Below are positions 36,114 to 44,223 of a stretch of DNA of 64,000 nucleotides, in pieces (the first letter of the stretch is position 1; every line of letters begins with the position of its first letter). Made by a program: the position numbers and the translations under genes. The stretch is from a virus. The stretch lies in the IMG/VR virus record IMGVR_UViG_3300035454_001750. The stretch is one strand, 5' to 3'. A model generated the notes under the pieces. It saw only the letters and a list, made by a program, of their open reading frames with translations. It did not search any database and was not told the origin of the DNA.

Positions 36114-37244
36114 ATGTATGAAGTAAATGTTGATTTAATGAACGGTTCCGGAGGTGTTGGCCCTGTTGCAGAACATTTGATGGCGAACCGTAAATTGGAC
36201 ATGGGCATGATGCGTCCGTTTATGGATATCGATCCAACGGACGGCCAATTAAAAACGTTTGCCTCGATTTTTATCGGTGGCAACCCGAAAAACCCGGCCA
36301 ATTACAAAACAATCCCTCTTCAGACCAATGGCACGCTGAGAAGGGAAGAGTGGAAAGCGTTGGATGATGCCGTAATGACGATTGCCCGTGAAAGGCTTGT
36401 TGGTATCAATGACCTTGTCTCTCGTGGTTTGGTTTACAATCTTGGCAATCCGATGGGCACAACCATTCTGGAATGGCATGATGTAGGTGAATCTATGGAG
36501 GCAGTTGTTACGATGGATGGTGTTACCCGTGGAAAGGGTGACAGGCCTCAGTTCCGTCATAACTACATACCGATCCCCATAATCCACGTTGATTATGAGA
36601 TCAATGCAAGGGTATTGGCTGCCAGCCGTAACATGGGCAACCCGTTGGATGTTACCTCTGCTGAACACGCTGCTCGCCGTGTCGCCGAAAAACTGGAGGA
36701 TATGCTTTTCACTGATACCAGCTATGCCTTTGGTGAGTTGGACAGCCGTGGAAGGAACAAAATTTACAGTTATGTGAATTTCCCTGACAGGAACCCGGTT
36801 ACAATGACCTTGAATTGGGATGATTCCAGCAAAACAGGCAAACAGATTGTTGACGATGTGTTGAAGATGAAACAGGCTTCAATCGATGCTCGCCATTATG
36901 GACCTGTATGGGTTCTGTACATTCCAACTGCTTACGAAACTCTGCTTGACTCAGACTACGATGCAACAACTCCCGGTACAACTATCCGTGAAAGGATTTT
37001 GAAAATTGCCGGTATTTCTCAAATTACCGTTGTTGACAGGTTGGCTGCGAACAATGTACTGCTTGTTGAAATGCGTTCTGACAACGTTCGTTTGATCGAA
37101 GGTATCGGTCTGCAAAACGTTGAGTGGGAAACTGAAGGTCGTTTCATCACGAAGTACAAAGTACTGACCATTCGTGTGCCACAGCTGCGTTCTGATCAGG
37201 ATGGAAAATGCGGTATTGTTCACCTTGCCCCGGCAACACCGTAA
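36114..37244 (+). CDS. Major capsid protein (HK97 fold, encapsulin/Linocin-like)
   Basis: LRREEWKALDDAV, PIPIIHVDY, AARRVAEKLE; size and position. Confidence 0.88.
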   Translation: MYEVNVDLMNGSGGVGPVAEHLMANRKLDMGMMRPFMDIDPTDGQLKTFASIFIGGNPKNPANYKTIPLQTNGTLRREEWKALDDAVMTIARERLVGINDLVSRGLVYNLGNPMGTTILEWHDVGESMEAVVTMDGVTRGKGDRPQFRHNYIPIPIIHVDYEINARVLAASRNMGNPLDVTSAEHAARRVAEKLEDMLFTDTSYAFGELDSRGRNKIYSYVNFPDRNPVTMTLNWDDSSKTGKQIVDDVLKMKQASIDARHYGPVWVLYIPTAYETLLDSDYDATTPGTTIRERILKIAGISQITVVDRLAANNVLLVEMRSDNVRLIEGIGLQNVEWETEGRFITKYKVLTIRVPQLRSDQDGKCGIVHLAPATP

Positions 37245-37304
37245 TTACTGAAAAGCAAATCACTAATCAAGTGAAAACTTTTTTAATCAAAAAACAGTAA
37301 TAAA

Positions 37305-37712
37305 ATGGCAAAAAGAGTAAGAAAAAATGCAGACAACGTGGACGTACAAGACAATGTAAACGTTGTTACTGAACCGGCACCTGAACTGATCACCTTTAAG
37401 AAGGTTGGCGGCGGTGCTTTCAGGTTCGAAAACCGCATAATTAAACCCGGACAGGTCTTCAAAGCAACATGGGAGCAAATACCAAAGGCTTTTCATAATT
37501 TGTTTGAGGTTGTTGCGGACACAAAAAATGCTATTGTGCTTGGAAATCAGGTAAAGAAAAAACCTGAACCGGAAAAGTACGTAAAATCAGAATTCACCAT
37601 TCAAGAAATTGAAGGTGAGGAAACTGTGAACATAGTGGACAGTCAGGGTAAAGTTATCAATGACGAACCACTGGAAAAGGAAGAGGCAGAAAAATTGATC
37701 AAATCTATGTAA
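37305..37712 (+). CDS. Hypothetical head-associated protein
   Basis: Follows the major capsid gene. Confidence 0.65.
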   Translation: MAKRVRKNADNVDVQDNVNVVTEPAPELITFKKVGGGAFRFENRIIKPGQVFKATWEQIPKAFHNLFEVVADTKNAIVLGNQVKKKPEPEKYVKSEFTIQEIEGEETVNIVDSQGKVINDEPLEKEEAEKLIKSM

Positions 37713-37714
37713 AA

Positions 37715-38410
37715 ATGGTCTGGTCGGTTCCAAAAATATGGAAAGGAGGGGATGTGTGGATACTTGGGGGTGGTCCTTCGGTAATTCAACAATTCTATAT
37801 GCCATCTGATATCGTATCACAAGTGTTAGAGGGGAAACTCCCTGTATCCGCATACTCTCCTTACATGGAACCTATCCATAAAAAACACGTGATAGGGGTT
37901 AATGCTGCCTTTGAAATTGGAACATGGATTGATATGGTCGTATTCGGGGATAGCAAGTACTTTGTAAATCATCGTAAAAAAATGGCATTGTTTCCCGGAT
38001 TACGGGTAGGATGCACACCGGCAGCACGTACCGCATCATGGGCAAAGGAATTAGATAGGGATGGTAAAAAACCGTATGGGTTGACAATGAACCCAACAAA
38101 GGTGAGTTGGAATGGAAATAGTGGAAGTGCGGCTATAAACGTTGCTGTACATACAGGGGCAAAGCGTATTTTCCTACTTGGTTTTGATATGAAATTAGCA
38201 GGCGGGGAAAAACATTGGCACCGTGTTTATAGCAAGGGCAAACCTATCAAAAGAGTGGGCATACAGCTTCCATTTCCAAAACATTTAGTTGGGTTTCCAG
38301 CAATTAAGGAGGATGCTGATAAGTTAGGGGTACAAATATTCAATGTATGCCCTGACAGTGCGATAAAGGAATTTCCTAAATTGACATTAAAAGAGGCTTT
38401 ATTATTATGA
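37715..38410 (+). CDS. Glycosyltransferase-like protein (Maf/DUF115-type fold)
   Basis: ILGGGPS, VIGVN, NSGSAAINVA, IFLLGFDM, FNVCPDS. Confidence 0.7.
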   Translation: MVWSVPKIWKGGDVWILGGGPSVIQQFYMPSDIVSQVLEGKLPVSAYSPYMEPIHKKHVIGVNAAFEIGTWIDMVVFGDSKYFVNHRKKMALFPGLRVGCTPAARTASWAKELDRDGKKPYGLTMNPTKVSWNGNSGSAAINVAVHTGAKRIFLLGFDMKLAGGEKHWHRVYSKGKPIKRVGIQLPFPKHLVGFPAIKEDADKLGVQIFNVCPDSAIKEFPKLTLKEALLL

Positions 38411-39753
38411 AAGTAGGAATTTGTGCCATAATAAAGGATTGTAAGCCCGTTTATTTAAAAGAATGGGTTGATTGGCATACTTTAATAGGTGTGGATTACT
38501 TTTTCATATATGACAATGAATCGCAAATTCCTATCTCAGAAACTTTACAATCATACCCGAATGTATTTGTGAAGTTATGGGAAGGCAAGGTGCAACAAAC
38601 AGCAGCCTACAATCATTGCATCTATGAACAAAAACATAGTTTAAAACCTGTTTGTGATTGGGTTGCATTTATTGATGATGATGAATTTATTGTACTGGAA
38701 AAAGGTGAAACAATACAGGAATTTTTAAAAGACAAAAAATCTTCCGGTGTTGTTCTTAATTGGTGTACGTTTGGTGCGGAGGAGGAAAACAAATCAGTAT
38801 CCCAAATTGACCGTTACACAAAGTGTGTCCCATTAACGCATTCTCAAAACAAGTATGTAAAATCAATCGTACAACCAAAAACAGTATTAAAATTTAATGA
38901 CCCTCATTTTCCTGTTTATGTAAAAGGAAATGGGGTTGATATTAAAGGCAATGTTGTTCGTGGAAGTACTATTAATAAACCTTATCGTCAAATTGCGTGG
39001 ATAAATCATTACTATTGCAGGTCATTAGAAGATTATCACGAAAAAATAAAAAGGGGATTAGCACATCCTATCATTGAGGGAAAAGTATACAAAACTACCT
39101 ATGATATGTCTTATTTTAATTTAACGAATGATTATGCGACAGATACGAATACGACAATAATTGAACTTAAAAAACAGTATATGGGGGTTAAGAAAAAATT
39201 GTCTGTTATGGAAATGCGTCCTGAAAAGGTTGCTGTATTTCTAAAACAGTTAATAACATATATTTCAATCAATATTAAATTACATGAAGCTAAGATGGTT
39301 GAAATAGGATCATTTACAGGTGAATCAACTGTTATTTTTGCTGAAAAATTTGGACGTGTAATTGCTATTGATCCTTTTGTGTTTTACACTGAAAAGTATG
39401 GTGACCGTGTATTGGACAGTTACGGTCAAGAATTGTGGGATAATATAGAAGAAAGGTTTAAAGAACGCATAATACCATACGGTAATATTACCCATTTAAA
39501 GATGTATTCTGATGATGCTTGTAAAGAAATTAAAGAACAGGTTGATTTTGTGTACATTGACGGGTTGCACACATACGAACAATGTAAAAAGGATATAGAA
39601 AATTATCTTCCATTGGTTCGTAAAGGTGGTTACATTGGTGGGCATGATTATTCAAATGCTTGGCCGGGAGTTAAAAAAGCAGTAAATGAAATGTTTGGAA
39701 AACCAGATCATGTATTTGGTGGGGATGGTAATTGGGTTGTAAGAGTGAGATAG
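38407..39753 (+). CDS. GT-A glycosyltransferase (GT92/GT2-like) fused to a class I SAM methyltransferase
   Basis: EWVDWH, YDNES, FIDDDEF, INHY; C-terminal EIGSFTGEST, YIDGLHTYE, GHDY. Confidence 0.88.
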   Translation: MKVGICAIIKDCKPVYLKEWVDWHTLIGVDYFFIYDNESQIPISETLQSYPNVFVKLWEGKVQQTAAYNHCIYEQKHSLKPVCDWVAFIDDDEFIVLEKGETIQEFLKDKKSSGVVLNWCTFGAEEENKSVSQIDRYTKCVPLTHSQNKYVKSIVQPKTVLKFNDPHFPVYVKGNGVDIKGNVVRGSTINKPYRQIAWINHYYCRSLEDYHEKIKRGLAHPIIEGKVYKTTYDMSYFNLTNDYATDTNTTIIELKKQYMGVKKKLSVMEMRPEKVAVFLKQLITYISINIKLHEAKMVEIGSFTGESTVIFAEKFGRVIAIDPFVFYTEKYGDRVLDSYGQELWDNIEERFKERIIPYGNITHLKMYSDDACKEIKEQVDFVYIDGLHTYEQCKKDIENYLPLVRKGGYIGGHDYSNAWPGVKKAVNEMFGKPDHVFGGDGNWVVRVR

Positions 39754-39754
39754 T

Positions 39755-40468
39755 ATGATAACATTAATAACACCAACAGGAGGTCGTCCAAAACAGATAC
39801 GGTTGTGTGCTGAATGGATGAGAAGGCAAACCTACACAGGTGATGTTTTGTGGGTGATTGTTGATGATTGTTCACCTACCACAACAGAGTTTATTAAAGG
39901 TGATTTTCGTGAAAACTGGACGATTGTAAAAGTATATCCTGAACCAAAATGGAGGGAAGGACAAAATACACAATCTCGTAATTTATTAGCTGGTGTAAAT
40001 GTTGTTAAAAAATATGAAAATATTTCGGCAATATTTATTATTGAGGATGATGATTACTATTCTCCAGAGTATTTACAGGAAATGGTGAATAAATTGGATG
40101 GTCACGTTGCAGCAGCACAAACTAATACGGTATATTTCAATTTACAATCGTTTACACTGAAAAGACATACAAATACCAAGCACGGTAGTTTATTTCAAAC
40201 TGGTTTTACATTTGATGTTTTACCTGTATTTGAAAATGCGACAAAAAGGAATGTACAGTTTATAGATATTCAATTTTGGAAATTGCTCAAAAATAAGCCC
40301 GTAAACCTGTTTACCGTACAAAATAACCTTGCAGTAGGAATAAAGGCCATGCAGGGCAGGAAAGGCATAGGAAACGGGCATATAACACGGTCAGTAAATA
40401 CCAATAAAGTACAAGGGTTTTTATCATTGAAAAAATTAATCGGTAAAGATTATTTACATTACATATGA
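39755..40468 (+). CDS. GT2-like glycosyltransferase
   Basis: ITPTGGR, WVIVDD, IEDDDYYSPEYL. Confidence 0.85.
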   Translation: MITLITPTGGRPKQIRLCAEWMRRQTYTGDVLWVIVDDCSPTTTEFIKGDFRENWTIVKVYPEPKWREGQNTQSRNLLAGVNVVKKYENISAIFIIEDDDYYSPEYLQEMVNKLDGHVAAAQTNTVYFNLQSFTLKRHTNTKHGSLFQTGFTFDVLPVFENATKRNVQFIDIQFWKLLKNKPVNLFTVQNNLAVGIKAMQGRKGIGNGHITRSVNTNKVQGFLSLKKLIGKDYLHYI

Positions 40469-41133
40469 TGACAAAAGAACACATACCGCCAATTTTGATT
40501 ACCGGTGTTGAACGTTCCGGAAGTACATTAATTGCACGTATTTTAGATATGTGTGGTGTATGGAGTGGTTACTGTAACCGTATGTATGAAAATAAACGTT
40601 TACAGACAATATACCCGGTAATGACGGACTTTTTATTTCCTAAAACAGAAATGGTACTTCCTTTCGGTTTTAAAGAAATGGTAGCAGATGTGTTAGAAAA
40701 AGAAGGGCATAAAGGACAAAAATGGATGGTCAAAGGAAGCAAAATAACGCAATACTGGCCTTTATGGAATTTTATTTACCCTGATGCAAAATGGGTTTTA
40801 ATTAGAAGGCGTACCGGGGATGTAATACAAAGTTGTATTAAAACCGGGTATATGAGGACTTTTAAAGACAAAGAAAATTTAACCGCTTTAGGGTTTGAAA
40901 AAGAAGAGGATGGCTGGTTATGGTGGGTACACCAGTATGAAAAAAAGTTTGTTGAAATGACACAAAGTGGGTTAAATTGTCGAATAATTTGGCCGGATAG
41001 GATGGCAATAGGAGATTTTGAACAAATTAAAGAGACCTTAGATTGGTTAGAAGTAAATTGGAATAATAAAATACCGGAAGTGATTTTACCACTTTTGGAA
41101 AAAGGTAGGAGGATGGAACAATGTCAAGAGTAA
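40465..41133 (+). CDS. Sulfotransferase-family protein
   Basis: ITGVERSGSTL (5'-PSB-like loop), YPDAKWVLIRR..DVIQS (3'-PB-like). Confidence 0.8.
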   Translation: MMTKEHIPPILITGVERSGSTLIARILDMCGVWSGYCNRMYENKRLQTIYPVMTDFLFPKTEMVLPFGFKEMVADVLEKEGHKGQKWMVKGSKITQYWPLWNFIYPDAKWVLIRRRTGDVIQSCIKTGYMRTFKDKENLTALGFEKEEDGWLWWVHQYEKKFVEMTQSGLNCRIIWPDRMAIGDFEQIKETLDWLEVNWNNKIPEVILPLLEKGRRMEQCQE

Positions 41134-41501
41134 TTGCAGATGATGTTATTGCGATATTGGATGATACTACGGTAGATGAGGATATCATTGAAACGTATAT
41201 CATAAGTGCTAATATCTTTGTGAACGCACATTTAACAGGAAAAGGGTTAAATGAGAGTTTGCTTAAAGAAATTGAGCGATGGATGACAGCGCACATGATT
41301 GCCAGTACGAGGGAACGACAAATTAAAAAGGCCGGTGCTGGTGGTGCTGAAGTTGAGTACACAGGGTATTGGAGTACTGGACTAAATGGGACATCGTATG
41401 GGCAAATGTGTGTTGCATTGGATACGAGTAAAACGTTGGAGGCTATGGCTCAAGGTAAATTACCTGCATGGTCGAAAGCTGTTCCAACGCCTAAAAATTA
41501 A
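41121..41501 (+). CDS. Head-tail adaptor
   Basis: ERWMTAH, TSYGQ; position. Confidence 0.75.
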   Translation: MSRVIADDVIAILDDTTVDEDIIETYIISANIFVNAHLTGKGLNESLLKEIERWMTAHMIASTRERQIKKAGAGGAEVEYTGYWSTGLNGTSYGQMCVALDTSKTLEAMAQGKLPAWSKAVPTPKN

Positions 41502-41512
41502 AATGTATTGAA

Positions 41513-41917
41513 ATGGCTAAAGGTATCGAAAAAGTTGTTGCGAAGTTTTGTGTGCAAACCGCCGTATATTGGGGGAATCCACAAAATGATGGATATGGTG
41601 GCCATACATATGACACACCGATAGAGATAAAGTGTCGTTGGGAGGATAAGAATGAAGTTGATTTTGGCTGGTTTTCAAGTGGGTTTCCCGGAAACATACG
41701 CTTGAGTAAATCTTCTTTACTTGTTACGCAAGATTTACAAGAAAAAGGTTATCTTTGGTTGGGTACATTACAACAGTTAAATTCACTATACTCAGATATC
41801 ACGCAACCAGAGGTTGTTCGTGGTGCATATATGATACACCGTTTTGATAAAATACCGATGGTATTTAAAACGGATGAGTTTGTTAGAAGAGTTTGGTTAT
41901 ACGATCAAGGCAAATAA
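41513..41917 (+). CDS. Head closure/stopper protein
   Basis: QTAVYW...DGYG...CRWE; position. Confidence 0.65.
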   Translation: MAKGIEKVVAKFCVQTAVYWGNPQNDGYGGHTYDTPIEIKCRWEDKNEVDFGWFSSGFPGNIRLSKSSLLVTQDLQEKGYLWLGTLQQLNSLYSDITQPEVVRGAYMIHRFDKIPMVFKTDEFVRRVWLYDQGK

Positions 41918-41918
41918 A

Positions 41919-42527
41919 ATGATTAAAGCTGGGGCAAAAATACAATATTTCTCAAATGGGATTGCACGTATGAATACACGTGCAGGGGTTAAATCCCGTT
42001 TAGCTGGTGTAAGTCAGGCCAAAGATCAATTAGAAAATGCTGTATCCTCGGCGATTGCCGATGCCGCTAAAAATAGTGGTGTTGCTGATGTTTTGGTGAA
42101 CAGTGCAAAAGCAGACACTGTTCGTGTTTTTAATGCGGTTATGGTACAAATTCAAGGTGGTTTATTACAGATTGGGTCGGTAATAAGAAATAATATGGAC
42201 AAATCCCCACCTTTGATACCTGTAGATACAGGGGCGTTAAGACAGGCATTTAAAATAATGCCGATACATTTTGGTTCACCACAACCAAAAGTTTTATTAG
42301 GTTGGCCGGATAATAAAATAAAAAGGACAGATCCTGATACCGGTGAAACTAAAATAGTAGATATGTATGCAGCGTTTGTGCATGAAATGACTACACCACC
42401 GTATGGTCCGGTCAATTGGTCAAGGCCACAGTCAGGGGCAAAATTCTTTGAAGCAGCTATAAAAAATGCTGTTCCTATGATACCCGGTATAATGGCGGCG
42501 CATATAAAGAAAGGAGGACTTATATGA
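41919..42527 (+). CDS. Neck protein (HK97 gp10-like)
   Basis: PVDTGALR, YAAFVHE, AKFFE. Confidence 0.75.
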   Translation: MIKAGAKIQYFSNGIARMNTRAGVKSRLAGVSQAKDQLENAVSSAIADAAKNSGVADVLVNSAKADTVRVFNAVMVQIQGGLLQIGSVIRNNMDKSPPLIPVDTGALRQAFKIMPIHFGSPQPKVLLGWPDNKIKRTDPDTGETKIVDMYAAFVHEMTTPPYGPVNWSRPQSGAKFFEAAIKNAVPMIPGIMAAHIKKGGLI

Positions 42528-42931
42528 AATCTTGTTCTGAAGATATACGTGATATCTTAAAAAATGTATTGTTTGAAGATAGCTCCTCAAGTATAGCTTA
42601 TCTATTCGAATTTATGGTTGGTAAAGAACCAGATGAACCTATTAATGTGGTTTCTTTATTTGATACAGTTGGTTTTCCGACACCTTTAACATTTAATAAG
42701 GATGAACAATATAATTACCCGTCTGTTCAAGTACGTGTTCGTGCGTATGATTATGTCACCGGGTATAGGTTAGCTAATGAAATAAAAGAGGCATTACATG
42801 GCCGGGCACATGAGACATGGAATGACACCTTTTATAGTCTGATTTATTGTGTGAATGGGCCTTTCTTGTTGGATTTTGACAAGAACCAAAGACCACGATT
42901 TGTTTTAAACTTTAATATTCAAAGGAGGTAA
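42524..42931 (+). CDS. Tail terminator protein
   Basis: PSVQVRVR, DKNQRPRFVLNF; precedes the tail tube gene. Confidence 0.75.
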   Translation: MKSCSEDIRDILKNVLFEDSSSSIAYLFEFMVGKEPDEPINVVSLFDTVGFPTPLTFNKDEQYNYPSVQVRVRAYDYVTGYRLANEIKEALHGRAHETWNDTFYSLIYCVNGPFLLDFDKNQRPRFVLNFNIQRR

Positions 42932-42936
42932 ATTTT

Positions 42937-43392
42937 ATGGGAAGTTTAGCTATCTCAGGATTAGGAACCAAATTTCGCAGATGGAGTGGTGCAGCATGGG
43001 AAGACCTTGCTGAAATCAGCTCTATTTCTGGGCCTACCATGACAAGAGAATTTATTGACGTTACGTCATTAGATTCGACAGGTGGGTACAGGGAATTTAT
43101 TGCGGGATTTCGTGATGGTGGAACAGTAAGTTTAACAATGAACTTTACTCGTGCCACATATGATATGATGAAAGATGATTTTGAAGATGATACTTCAAAA
43201 TTCTATGAAATTGTCCTTCCAGACAAAAATGAAGACGGTGATTTTATCAATACTTCATTTGAGTTTGAAGGACTTGTAACTGAATTACCACTTGAAATTC
43301 CAACTGATGATAAGGTAACTGCAAACGTTACTATTAAAGTCAATGGAAAAGTAACGGTGAATTCAGGTTCTGCTACTGCTGAACCGTCTTAA
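42937..43392 (+). CDS. Major tail tube protein
   Basis: ISGP, IDVTSLDS, REFIAGFRDGG. Confidence 0.88.
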   Translation: MGSLAISGLGTKFRRWSGAAWEDLAEISSISGPTMTREFIDVTSLDSTGGYREFIAGFRDGGTVSLTMNFTRATYDMMKDDFEDDTSKFYEIVLPDKNEDGDFINTSFEFEGLVTELPLEIPTDDKVTANVTIKVNGKVTVNSGSATAEPS

Positions 43393-43459
43393 TTGATTGG
43401 TTGAATTTTGCTAATCAAGCATTGTTTTAAAAAAGAGTAATCATTTAATTTAATCAAAA

Positions 43460-43885
43460 ATGGAAAATGTATTATTGACAAGAGAGGCATTATTGGTAAA
43501 ACAGGACTTAAAAAAGGTAAAAGTAGAGTTGCCAATGGGGTATGTGTATGTGAGGGAAATGACCGCAGCAGAAAAAAATGATTTTGAAATGATGTTGTTA
43601 AAAACAACAAGAACAGGAAATCCAAAAAACCCGGTTGCGTACGAGTCCTCATTGGAAAATTACAGAACAAAACTATTGGTTTGTACCGTATGTGATGAAG
43701 AAGGAAAATTATTATTCACCAAAAAAGACGTCTCTTTGCTTTCACAAAATATGAGCGCAAGCACAATGGAGAAAATAGCAGATGAGGCATCTAAATTAAA
43801 TGCCATCACAAAAGAGGACAGGGAGGAGATGTTAAAAAACTCAGAAACAGACCAGGAAGACGGTTCCAATTCCAGCTCTGTTTAG
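43460..43885 (+). CDS. Tail assembly chaperone (G-like)
   Basis: Between tube and tape measure genes; slippery A_AAA_AAC near the 3' end. Confidence 0.85.
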   Translation: MENVLLTREALLVKQDLKKVKVELPMGYVYVREMTAAEKNDFEMMLLKTTRTGNPKNPVAYESSLENYRTKLLVCTVCDEEGKLLFTKKDVSLLSQNMSASTMEKIADEASKLNAITKEDREEMLKNSETDQEDGSNSSSV

Positions 43886-44223
43886 AATTAGGAGTAATTC
43901 ATCCTGATTATTTGTTGGAACAACTAACGGCAACACAATTAGCAGAATGGGAGGTTTTTATAGAGAATGAACAAATAAGACCAATAAAAGAGGATTTTCG
44001 ATTAGCGTATGGGCTTTCCGTAATAACTAATTTATTTATAAGTGCATTTGGTAAAACGGGGAGTAAAACAGCAAAAATTGAAGAATTTTTAATTGATTGG
44101 TGGAATGACAAAGGAAAAGGAGAGGAACAAACTATTGAACAAATGAAGGCATTTATGCTTGATTTTGCTAAGAAACAAAACAAAAAAGTTGAGGAATTAG
44201 AATCTGTAAAACGTAAAAAATGA
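43834..44223 (+). CDS. Tail assembly chaperone -1 frameshift extension (GT-like)
   Basis: The -1 frame is open from the slip site: LRNRPGRRFQFQLCLELGVIHPDYLLEQLTATQLAEW... Confidence 0.85.
   Translation, partial: KKLRNRPGRRFQFQLCLELGVIHPDYLLEQLTATQLAEWEVFIENEQIRPIKEDFRLAYGLSVITNLFISAFGKTGSKTAKIEEFLIDWWNDKGKGEEQTIEQMKAFMLDFAKKQNKKVEELESVKRKK

Noticed and set aside
36114..37244. Encapsulin/bacteriocin gene
   Set aside because: Context (protease, decoration, adaptor) shows it is the phage major capsid protein.
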